This document shows, piece by piece, positions 32,881 through 41,634 of a DNA stretch of 64,000 bases (positions are counted from its first letter, which is position 1; each line of letters opens with the position of its first letter). The position numbers and the translations under genes were made by a program. The notes below the pieces were generated by a model. The model saw nothing but the letters and a program-made list of their open reading frames with translations, made no database searches and had not been told where the DNA came from. The DNA is from Candidatus Bathyarchaeota archaeon (GTDB lineage Archaea; Thermoproteota; Bathyarchaeia; Bathyarchaeales; DTEX01), in assembly GCA_963714275.1 (NCBI GenBank), contig CAVQNT010000006.1, positions 470,591 through 534,590 of the forward strand, written 5' to 3'.

Positions 32881-33457
32881 CTACTTTTTTCTAAAATTTT
32901 ACAATATTGCTCTCTTTATTATTCTTGAAGTCTTTTTGTAAAATTTTTTTATACCTCTTCTTCTACCTTTTATGCTCCCCCTTTACTCTCTCACACGTGT
33001 GTATAAAAAATGTAAATATATTTTTTTAGGATACTATCTGAAGAGAAATATTTTGGAAGAAATAGAATTAATGAAGAACCAAATTCAGAGAACGAACTAA
33101 AAAATAAATTTAAGAGAAAATGAAATTGACGTCAAAAAGGCTTTAGACAATTACATGATTAAGCAAGACGAGATTTAGGATGAAATTGAAGAATCAAATA
33201 GACAAGACTGAAAATATAGGCGAAAAGTTTTTTAAAGAAGACTTGAAAGGATTCGGTGAAATCGAGTCCGGTGTTGTTTATAAAGTAAGAACAGATTTAC
33301 CAAAAATAATAACACAAGAACTTTTCATTGTGTTCAAAGGATTTATGGAGTGTAAGGAAAGAATTAGGTGGTAATTGCACCTAAAACGAAAAGAGCAATA
33401 AAAAGATTGATCGTTTCCATTTTAATCCATCTTAATCATATAAAGTAACTGGCTAAT

Positions 33458-33727
33458 TTAATCAATTCCGAATTCTTGTAGACTATAGAACTGCTGAAGG
33501 TATTCTATGCCTTTTTCAGTGGTTTTAATTAAACCGCCGTTGCCTTCAGAGTTTGCGATTAATCCTGCTTTTTTGAGTTTTTCAAGGTACTCGTCCAGCA
33601 TTTTGAAGTTCATGTTCACTCCATATACTATTCTGGTTTTTTTGGCGCCTTTTCTCGCAATCTTCAGAATCTCAGCAACAATTTCTAGGTTACTTCTTCT
33701 TTGAGACATAGACATTTTCGTTAACAT
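33458..33727 (-). CDS. Winged-helix DNA-binding protein (COG3432-like)
   Basis: RRSNLEIVAEILKIARKGAKKTRIVYGVNMNFKMLDEYLEKLKKAGLI. Confidence 0.65.
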   Translation of the reverse strand: MLTKMSMSQRRSNLEIVAEILKIARKGAKKTRIVYGVNMNFKMLDEYLEKLKKAGLIANSEGNGGLIKTTEKGIEYLQQFYSLQEFGID

Positions 33728-33827
33728 CGTTTTTTACCTCGCTTTTGAATTATGGTTCAATGTTTCTGACTAACACAAGGTTGGACTTCCTAAACTGAAC
33801 CTAATGTAAATTCAGTCACTTGCGCAG

Positions 33828-34145
33828 TCATCGCATTAAATGGCTAGAAGACTCCTTTGCCTTTTCAAGGATGTCTTCAGACGGGTTTTTCAAGGGAGTA
33901 ATAGGCTCTAGAGGAGTCTCTATCATAGTGTTTTGTATTGCTAAGGCTTGCCTCGACTCTTTAAGTCCTTCCTTTGCCCTTTCAAAAATATCTTCAGACG
34001 GTTTTATCAAGAGAGTAATAGGTTCTTGAGGAGTTTCTATCATAATGTTTTGTGTTGCCAAGGCTTGCTTAGATTCTTTAAGTCCTTTCAGATAGAGTCT
34101 TGCTCCAAGTTCTATTTCATCAATTTCTTCTCTTTTGTTGAACAT
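33828..34145 (-). CDS. Hypothetical protein made largely of two 39-aa repeats
   Basis: KESKQALATQNIMIETPQEPITLLIKPSEDIFERAKEGL / KESRQALAIQNTMIETPLEPITPLKNPSEDILEKAKES. Confidence 0.5.
   Translation of the reverse strand: MFNKREEIDEIELGARLYLKGLKESKQALATQNIMIETPQEPITLLIKPSEDIFERAKEGLKESRQALAIQNTMIETPLEPITPLKNPSEDILEKAKESSSHLMR
33852..34085. repeat. Tandem duplication 2 x 117 bp inside the ORF
   Basis: Units 33852-33968 and 33969-34085 align without gaps at roughly 80% identity. Confidence 0.85.
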
Positions 34146-34369
34146 TGTTTCTTACCTCGCTTTCTAATTATAGTTCTATGTTTACCAGTAACTGACTAAG
34201 CCTATTTTAAGGTTTTCTAACAAAAAAAGACAGTTTTTACCAATATTAAACAAAAGAAAACGTTTTTTACCACATAAAGAAAAACGATCATATTATTTCT
34301 GGTTTATGGAAAAAATAATTCAATTTGTCCAATTTTGGGAAAAAATTTTAAAATGATCAAAAATCTAAT

Positions 34370-34961
34370 TTAACCGATCACTCTGCCTTCCACAATTTTG
34401 TTTTCGGGGATACCTATTTCAGCGGAAAGCCACCGTCTTGCCGTCTTCGAATTGATGACAGTCTTGTAAGCAGCGTCTCCATCAACCGACATATTTCCTT
34501 CAGACGCAAGCATCTGATCCTCGTCTGATTCAGGGCTTCTTTCTATCCAGCGCCTTACGCCTTTATTCACAGGCATCATCGTTTCGTTGAGCTCTACAGA
34601 AAAAGTGAACATGTACAGGTCCGAAACAGAGTAAAAGAATGCTTGTTCGCCAATCACCTCGTAGGCTACGAGCAAAGACTCCTTGACTGGCGCCCTTGAA
34701 AGACTGCCAGCTTTTGCAGTTAACCGTTACCAGAGGACCCTTTGTCCCTGTGGCTCCGATAATGTTTCGTATTTTTTGTCCTCCCAGATGTTCGAGTACC
34801 CGGTCGAGGACTGCCGCCTTCTCTTCAAAAGTCGAAAGATCATTACACACGGCATCGAACCTATCGGCAATTTTTGAAAGCGACTCCTCATGGTCCCTAA
34901 GAATGCTTATTAGTATGTCTAAAACGTCGACTTTTTCCTGAAATTCCTTAGGAGAAGGCAT
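34370..34961 (-). CDS. Hypothetical protein of about 197 aa, frame broken near 34680
   Basis: 34563-34961 and 34370-34675 read as one protein after a one-base shift (…KSWQSFKGASQGV / SLLVAYEVIGEQAFFYSV…). No family recognised. Confidence 0.5.
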
Positions 34962-35011
34962 ACACGCAAACCTCAGTACAGCATTTCAACATCTAAGAAC
35001 TTATTAAGAGA

Positions 35012-35054
35012 TGCGAAAGCCGATTAAGAACATAAAATCTATAAATCACTATGA
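35012..35054 (-). promoter_or_regulatory. Shared upstream motif, copy 2
   Basis: See 32838-32880. Lies 50-90 nt upstream of the 34961 start. Confidence 0.45.
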
Positions 35055-35121
35055 GATTTTCATACGTATCTAAAAAATAAAACATAAAAATAAATAAATC
35101 CAGTTTATTAAGACAAGTCAT

Positions 35122-35137
35122 CTAAGCCTTAAACCAT
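35122..35137. repeat. Third, partial (16 nt) copy of the endA-derived att core
   Basis: ctaagccttaaaccat is identical to the core of 35950-35971 and 51195-51216. It overlaps the stop of ORF 35129-35459 in a different frame from endA. Confidence 0.7.
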
Positions 35138-35459
35138 AGTGGCTATGGATCTTAACCTTAAAACCTCAGTTTGGTCAAGACCTCCCTGTTGTAGAGCGTC
35201 TAAAGCAGCATACAGGACCCTGAGAGCTTCCTCAACGCTTGGAAGATCATCTGGAATACTTAATCTCGTTGTAGTAGTCCCGTGAATTCCGTGGGCTACT
35301 ACTTTTAGATCAAGTCTGTCAATTTTCTTCTGTATTGCTTGAGGAGTCTTATTCATCGTTGTAGCTATGAGATTAACAGGCTTCTCTTGTTCACACAATT
35401 CCCGTAGTTGCTTTTCCTCCTCAGTCTGTCCAAGGCTTACCTTTCAGCAAATCAATCAC
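35129..35459 (-). CDS. Myb/SANT-like HTH protein, frame broken near 35425
   Basis: GTG at 35459 gives IDLLKGKPWT, then after a one-base shift EEEKQLRELCEQEKPVNLIATTMNKTPQAIQKKIDRLDLKV (W-T-x-EE...IA...T..Q pattern). The start overlaps the upstream ORF stop (GTGA). Confidence 0.45.
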
Positions 35460-35665
35460 CTTTTCAGTTTGTCCTTGAAATACCATTCAACCGCAAGTAA
35501 GACCAAAGGCACAAGGACTTTGCCGCTTTCCGCATCTCCCCTGATGAGAATGATAACAAGCCCAAGGACGAGAATTAAAGCGATTAAGAAACGGTAGTCA
35601 GCCATCCCGACTTTGATGCCAAGATTCTTAATTGTTATCCGTGGCTCTTTTCGGGGCTCAGGCAT
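35456..35665 (-). CDS. Small membrane protein (69 aa)
   Basis: Two hydrophobic segments; translationally coupled to 35129-35459. Confidence 0.4.
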   Translation of the reverse strand: MPEPRKEPRITIKNLGIKVGMADYRFLIALILVLGLVIILIRGDAESGKVLVPLVLLAVEWYFKDKLKR

Positions 35666-35945
35666 TAAAGGTTCTCCTCTTAATTATGCGCCTACGACCA
35701 GAAGTAAAGCTCAACAATAGAAGCTCGGCGACGTCAGGCGGAATCTCAGTTTTGTGGATAACCGTTACGCCGTCAAGGAAGCTACAGGGATGCAAGTGTA
35801 ATCGACTTCGTAAAAGTCGTTGTTAAGTTTGAAACTATTTTGGGCGAGAACAATATGTCTCCGTTTCTGTCCAAGGACTCTCAGGTATATCCCCCAAGCG
35901 CGCGCTATGAAAAAACGAATACTAGACTCTCAGAAAATCCGTTAT

Positions 35946-35971
35946 TTTACCCTAAGCCTTAAACCATTTAT
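35946..35971. repeat. Left direct repeat (attL-like) of the integrated element
   Basis: ccctaagccttaaaccatttat (35950-35971) is a perfect 22-mer match to 51195-51216. Similarity extends to tttac with one C-run indel. It is an orphan copy of the last endA codons. Confidence 0.85.
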
Positions 35972-36273
35972 TATGGACATACTGTTTGAGGTATTGTATT
36001 TCTCTTTATTTATCTTAAATATTTCCTACTCTTTATTTATATTGAGGTGAGAAACTGTTGGAAAAAAGATTAGAATCTCTAATAATTGATACTTACGATA
36101 CAGTTATGAGAATAGAAAAAAACTTAAGGAAATTGAGGTTAAACTTAACTGAATAGAAAGTAAAACAAAAATGATTTAGATTAACTCTATGAAGATTTTA
36201 TTATATGTATGACTTTGAAACTTCCCTAAGATAATCAATGTATAAGGGACTTAATTCAAAGCAAACATATGGT

Positions 36274-36768
36274 TCAAAGATCATGTGATTCATATTCAAC
36301 CAGAAGCATTTTAGAATAGACAGATTCAATCATATCTGAAGGGATATGTTCCAAAATTTTTAAATTATGAGTCTTTGGAACATTGATTATTTCTAAAAGT
36401 CGTCTGAGTTCTCTCTTATCATTTTCCTTTAATCCATTAATAAGGTTCGCATATGTTAGAACTTCACTTAATAATCCCAATTCCACGTGTGATGGAGCCC
36501 ATGTAATAAGATATCGCTCGTTTTTAATAATATCTGGAATTTCATTTTGTGCTTTTTCCTTAATTAAATATGAAATGAAGTCTCTTCGTTCACGAAAAGT
36601 TTTAAAGGTTGTGTCAAAAACCTTGATTGTGTGTGTTCGGAGAAGTTCGTCTTTAATTTTGCCGATTTCCAATCTAAGATTGGGCTTGGAAAAATCATCA
36701 AGCAAATAAAATATGACTAAAAAAGTTTTGGTATTTTCGTGCCAATTCCAACGAACATATATAGGCAA
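36274..36768 (-). CDS. Hypothetical protein (164 aa)
   Basis: ORF 9 nt downstream of 36777-37647 on the same strand. No family recognised. Confidence 0.5.
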   Translation of the reverse strand: MPIYVRWNWHENTKTFLVIFYLLDDFSKPNLRLEIGKIKDELLRTHTIKVFDTTFKTFRERRDFISYLIKEKAQNEIPDIIKNERYLITWAPSHVELGLLSEVLTYANLINGLKENDKRELRRLLEIINVPKTHNLKILEHIPSDMIESVYSKMLLVEYESHDL

Positions 36769-36776
36769 TTCAACAC

Positions 36777-37647
36777 CTAACCGTTTGACTGTAATATCTT
36801 GGTTAGTTCTTCAAGACTGTTTGTGCACAGATTTAAAATTTTAAGCCAACCTTCATTCCAATTTGTTAATGGATATCTATCAATACCCAAATTTCTTAAA
36901 ACCATTAGAATCTCGGATGAAGTACAATGAACAGGATACATCTTGTTCCTAAGTGTTATCAAATTTCTTAAATTCGAGGTAGCATGGCGAGGAAGATTAT
37001 TATAATTTTCCTTTAGAATATGCTCGAGTATGTTTATCGAACCCTGTAATGTTTTACGCTTTTCTGGATCTTTTATTATGTCTTTTCAGCTCATTCTCAT
37101 TAATTCTATCAAAGACACCTGCTAAGGCTTGTATCTTATAAGAAAAATTCTCACAATCTGTACAAGGCTTTGTGAAATCAACAACAGCAAGCATGTCATC
37201 TAGAACAGGCTTGAAAAAGTTTCTACCAAACTTGTCTTTAAAATTGGTATCAAAATAGTTCCTATTCTCAACAAATAATTGAATTGGTGGCATGACAAGT
37301 GAGGTTCCATAAAGTTCTTTCATTTCTTCCATAACTTTTTCATCAAGTAGAGGAATTAAGTCTGTTTTATTTTGTGATGTATTGAACTCACAGGAATCGC
37401 AGTTCTTTGACAAATTTAAGTATTTTAAGACTTGACCATAAGTCTGATAAGGACCCACTTTTTCTATCTTCTCGGATCTCTTACAGAAGGCATACCATGC
37501 TATTTCTCCAGTTTTGTAATGCTTACCAGACATTACAAAGCATCTTTTACATCGTGGAATTGTCTCGTCTGTATAAACGTGCATACCATTAAAGTATTTA
37601 CCCGTATCTCTAACTGATTTGGGAATGCTCATATTCACTTTTACCAA
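36777..37647 (-). CDS. Cys-rich hypothetical protein with C-terminal R-x6-H segment, frame broken near 37055
   Basis: 37054-37647 (CKRC, CDSC and CTDC pairs) continues after a shift into DPEKRKTLQGSINILEHILKENYNNLPRHATSNLRNLITLRNKMYPVHCTSSEIL... down to 36777. The HEPN-like reading of LRNKMYPVH is speculative. Confidence 0.4.
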
Positions 37648-38023
37648 AAAATCTCCCTCGTTGTAGATTGTATATTCTCATTATTAAAAATTATTGTATA
37701 ACTTTTGAAAAATTACTAACTTTTCGCTCCCGCATTAATACTTGTGTTTTCAGGGTTATTTTTGTTGTTTCTAATACAAAATGACCCACAAAACATATAT
37801 GGGACATACCCCCTCTTAACGGGGTTTTTACCCCATGAAAACACCGAAAATATGGTCATGGAGGTTTGATAAAAATGCTTACTGGACAACATGGAAATCC
37901 GTTTGGAACAGACATAAAGAATGTCAGAATCTTCTTTAGAGACAACAAACCGCATTCACTAAGAGAATTAAACCACTTGCCTAATGCTCATCCCTATATT
38001 CGCAAACTGTTTCACCAGAGAAA

Positions 38024-39373
38024 TTGCTTAGAACAAGAGATTTACTAAATTACGATTACATTGAGAAACATGGTAAGAAATCAAAATGGTGTCGTATCAG
38101 AGGTTACATGTACATTAGGAAAAAAAGTCCAAAATTGTCTGAGAACAACACATTACAATGGGAGTTCAAATATACAGAAAGCCTTACAATGAAAGCAAAC
38201 TCAGAAAAGGTAACGCTACAGTTCATAACATATGAAGAAAGTAAAAAAATGCAGACAGACAACTACAAACAAGTCATATCACAAAATGAAATACTGGAAT
38301 ATTTCAAACAACGAGGCATAGGTGCAACATTGTCGATTATATCAACCGATTTGAATGTAGACCCAAAATTAGTGAAAACACATGTTTACAAAATGGTCAG
38401 AAATGGAAAACTAACAAAGAAAGGAAAATGGAATCAATCATTTGGTCGAGAAACAATATTTAGAGGCAAATTACACGGATACGTCTATGGATTAACACCT
38501 GAACAATGCGACCTTTTCATTAAATCTGGAGAGGTTTTAAGTCCTGAGACCAATGCCATACTAAAAGAGGTAATTAAAAACTCAAACGAACACAGAGTTA
38601 CAGCAACACATCTCTTCGAACATCCGCCATACAATTATGACCCAGCAGGTGTTAAATATGATGCTGAAGTTCTAACAAATACCTTCCCAAACATTGTAAA
38701 AATTGCAGTAGCAGGATATGTATTAATCTATGATAAAGACAAACTCACAGAAGAAGATGTTGAAAAAGAAAAAACCTATTGGACAAACCAAGCAAGTAAG
38801 GACAAATCGCTGGGACATACTATTGGAGAAACACATGAAAAAGTTGTGCAGATATGCTTAGACCAAATGGGTAAAGACGCAGATATTAAGTGGCTATTTC
38901 AATCTGTTATTCGTAGTAAAAAAATTAGTTATCAAATACGCCTCAGTAACGGTCGTGAAATAGACAGAATACTGCAAGTAAATATCGAACCATTTGGAAT
39001 TAAGCATTACTATCCAATAGAAGCCAAGTATCAAAGGACAGATGTAATGATTGCAGATGTATTTCAATTTTACGATACACTTTGCAATTCATACGAATAC
39101 GGTTGTTCTATCAAATACAATGGACAAGATGTAAAAACATTGAAGTTCAATGTGACACCTATATTTATCGCTCCAAAAATAACTAAAGACGCAAGGAATT
39201 GGGCATTATCACATGGTATGATGGTAATTCCAACATGGGTAATGACACAATATTATCGGAAAAAACACAACCTAAAAACTATCGTAATAAAGGATCTTTC
39301 AACTGAATTTCTTAACCGAACAAACAAGAAGCAAACAATTGATGAATTTCTAAAGGAAAAAATAGGCAGGTGA
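38024..39373 (+). CDS. Winged-helix + Mrr-like PD-(D/E)xK nuclease-domain protein
   Basis: wHTH (ILEYFKQRGIGATLSIISTDLNVDPKLVKTHVYKMVRNGKLTKKG). The C-terminal GETHEKVVQICLDQMG...REIDRIL...YPIEAKYQ...VMIADVFQF fits the E...D...ExK order of Mrr-type endonucleases. It may start further upstream (37866) via a frame break. Confidence 0.55.
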   Translation: MLRTRDLLNYDYIEKHGKKSKWCRIRGYMYIRKKSPKLSENNTLQWEFKYTESLTMKANSEKVTLQFITYEESKKMQTDNYKQVISQNEILEYFKQRGIGATLSIISTDLNVDPKLVKTHVYKMVRNGKLTKKGKWNQSFGRETIFRGKLHGYVYGLTPEQCDLFIKSGEVLSPETNAILKEVIKNSNEHRVTATHLFEHPPYNYDPAGVKYDAEVLTNTFPNIVKIAVAGYVLIYDKDKLTEEDVEKEKTYWTNQASKDKSLGHTIGETHEKVVQICLDQMGKDADIKWLFQSVIRSKKISYQIRLSNGREIDRILQVNIEPFGIKHYYPIEAKYQRTDVMIADVFQFYDTLCNSYEYGCSIKYNGQDVKTLKFNVTPIFIAPKITKDARNWALSHGMMVIPTWVMTQYYRKKHNLKTIVIKDLSTEFLNRTNKKQTIDEFLKEKIGR

Positions 39374-39380
39374 ACCAATA

Positions 39381-39782
39381 ATGGTCATACGCAGGGCAAC
39401 CATCACCAATGTGCCTGCGTTGACCAAGATACATCGTGAAGTGTTTAGCGGAAGATGGAATTTATCAGAACAAGATATGACATGGCTTGTAAAACATTGT
39501 CTAACGTATTGGATTAAGGACATTGGTTACATATCTGTTTGTTCAACCAACGGTTATCAAAGAATCGAGTCTCTTGTAGTTATACCCAAATATCAAAGAA
39601 AGGGCTACGGAACACGTTTAGTACGACATGCTCTAATGAAAAGTAAGTGAAGAACAACAGTTATGTGCAGCACAAGAAAAGTGAAGTTCTACGAGAAATT
39701 CGGTTTTAGAAAAACCAGAGTGTATAAACATCACGATTGTTGGAATGGACAAACTGCGATACTCATGGTAAAAGAATTCTGA
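39381..39782 (+). pseudogene. GNAT-family N-acetyltransferase with in-frame TGA at 39648-39650
   Basis: Motif A VVIPKYQRKGYGTRLVRHAL, then TGA, then in the same frame RTTVMCSTRKVKFYEKFGFRK (motif B). Starts 8 nt after the preceding gene. Confidence 0.65.
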
Positions 39783-39872
39783 GACTAATGGATTAAAATT
39801 TATAGCCCAACACATCCGCAGCATTACACAAGTTCACCTATAAATCGCCAAGGTTATCCTTCAATGGCTTTA

Positions 39873-39919
39873 GTGTGTGTGCGGTGGGTTAAAATTTAAT
39901 CCCAAACCCAAACCCAAAC
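39873..39919 (+). repeat. Intergenic motif family, most complete copy (GTGTGTGTGCGGTGGGTTAAAATTTAATCCCAAACCCAAACCCAAAC)
   Basis: Contains both the TGTGTGC half and the TTAAAATTTAATCCCAAACCC half seen separately elsewhere. Confidence 0.6.
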
Positions 39920-39994
39920 TGTGGACCGTATGTTCACATAATTTATATGTTGTAGTGATATAATTCAAATATAGTTTATGAAGGGTGAGAGATC

Positions 39995-40306
39995 ATGTCT
40001 TCTTGCGAAAACATATTAGCGAGCGAGAAAAATCGAGGTGGATTTACTCTCTCAGTAGTCGCAGAGTTCAATGACTATGGTCCTGTTAAGTATACTATTC
40101 GTATTGAAAAACCGAATGGGGAATGTGCGGACTTTGTTAGTAGCTTGGATGGATTCAGGAAATTTGGAGAGTTGTTATTAGATTTGCATTCGTTTACAGA
40201 AGAAAAACTCTATGCTACAGACAAAGAAAAACTGAAAGAAATCTTGACTGCTGAAAACATCAAGACTTATGTTACTTTCAAGAAAGTAGGGACATTTAAG
40301 AAGTAA
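39995..40306 (+). CDS. Hypothetical protein (103 aa)
   Basis: ORF with an upstream GGGTGAGAG SD-like motif, bracketed by two copies of the intergenic motif. No family recognised. Confidence 0.45.
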   Translation: MSSCENILASEKNRGGFTLSVVAEFNDYGPVKYTIRIEKPNGECADFVSSLDGFRKFGELLLDLHSFTEEKLYATDKEKLKEILTAENIKTYVTFKKVGTFKK

Positions 40307-40378
40307 TTCAAGCTAGCGTTGCACTGAGCAATAAGCTTAGCATTAGACATCAGTCAACTCTCTTTCAACGTAAAAAAA

Positions 40379-40448
40379 ATTTGGTTGGTTGGTTGGATCA
40401 AAATTTAACCGTAACACAGAGGTGTTGATTTTAACCCATTTCTGTGTT
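40379..40448 (+). repeat. Intergenic motif family variant plus hairpin
   Basis: tttggttggttggttggatcaaaatttaacc followed by an 8-bp stem, aacacaga (40411-40418) / tctgtgtt (40440-40447). Confidence 0.45.
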
Positions 40449-40500
40449 GAGGGTTCTGATGGATTTGTTATTTTATGACAAGAACCTTACAACATTAATT

Positions 40501-41237
40501 TTAGTTACAAAAAACATGAAACAAGATTATGCCAACACCAAAAGAAATCCTACATGAATTTTACCTATTACTTAACCAATATGTAATTCTGGGAAGTTCC
40601 TATATCAAATGTAGCGTGATTGGTTTTTTCCACATTAATATTTTCCCGTAATTTGCTGTTTTCTACAAGAAACCTTATTAAAACCAAGTCATAGTGTGCA
40701 CTCTTTGTTTGTTTAAACATTTTAGAAGAAAATCTAAACATGATGCAAGTTGCTTGTTACAAAATCCGTAACAATATTGTAGAATATTGTGGAATAACAA
40801 CAAGTGGAAGAATCCACATAATTTCTGGTTCGTTTTGTAACATTTTTTACATTGAATCCAATGTGTTATTATGGAAAACATTAATTACGTATGTGAATTT
40901 GGTGTTTTAGTTTTTCAGACCATCTATATGTGTTTACTCTTGTAATAGTGGTTTACCCACACTCACAACCCATTTTTAAAAAACGTATTGTATTTTTATG
41001 TAAAATCCTTTGGATGTTAGGCACCACTTTTGAAACATACAATGAAAACAACAAGATTCTCCCAATCAAACCACAAAAAGGTGGATTTACTGTATTGTCG
41101 GACAGTTAGTAACACAAAACCCAAAGAAAATGGGTTTTCAATGTCCGTTTCCAATACCTTTTACTAAACCCTCTTGGTTTTTTAGTTACAAAGACCGAAC
41201 TTGTTGTATTTTTTATCCACACAATTAGTTACAAAAC
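40501..41237. repeat. Iteron-bearing non-coding region (TTAGTTACAAA motif)
   Basis: ttagttacaaaa at 40501 and 41226, ttagttacaaag at 41182, ttagtaacacaaaac at 41106, gttacaaaatccgtaac at 40756, and inverted ttttgtaac at 40833. No credible ORF lies across 40320-41280. Confidence 0.6.
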
Positions 41238-41282
41238 AATGTCTTTTAGGTTTTTAGTGAGTGAGATTCAAACGTACAGACA

Positions 41283-41621
41283 ATGAAATATTTTGAGGAT
41301 GTAAAGGAGACAGAGAAGGCAACGAGGCTTATTGAAACTGAAAATTCAAAATCGAAGGGCAAGGTTGAAAGCATGGGTCTCGAACAAGCCGAGTTCCAAA
41401 AGAAGATGAATACGCTCGAGTCACATCAGAGGACTGTTGACCACGTTTTGGGGTTGCTAGACCTTAAGGAAGAGGATGCTAAAGTCATCAGTGAAATGAT
41501 TATGGACTATCGGGAGAGGAAGAGACTAAAAGTGAGGTTGAAATATTGGAGGCTAACCAAAAAAGTAGAGATGAGATACTGGAAGAGCTTAGGAAAGAAA
41601 AAAAGGTTAGTCTATTTCTAA
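41283..41621 (+). CDS. Hypothetical coiled-coil-like protein (112 aa)
   Basis: Charged, heptad-like composition. No family recognised. Confidence 0.4.
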   Translation: MKYFEDVKETEKATRLIETENSKSKGKVESMGLEQAEFQKKMNTLESHQRTVDHVLGLLDLKEEDAKVISEMIMDYRERKRLKVRLKYWRLTKKVEMRYWKSLGKKKRLVYF

Positions 41622-41634
41622 TCTAATCAAAAAA

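Noticed and set aside
35632-36050. Plus-strand ORFs 35632-35826 and 35820-36050, one of which crosses the att repeat
   Set aside because: There is no start context or conservation signal, the composition is odd, and they overlap minus-strand genes. They are treated as chance ORFs, although the region 35666-35945 remains unexplained.
40320-41280. CRISPR array
   Set aside because: The repeated words are only 9-12 nt, irregularly spaced and partly inverted. No cas genes are present in the window. The same reasoning applies to 50638-50681.
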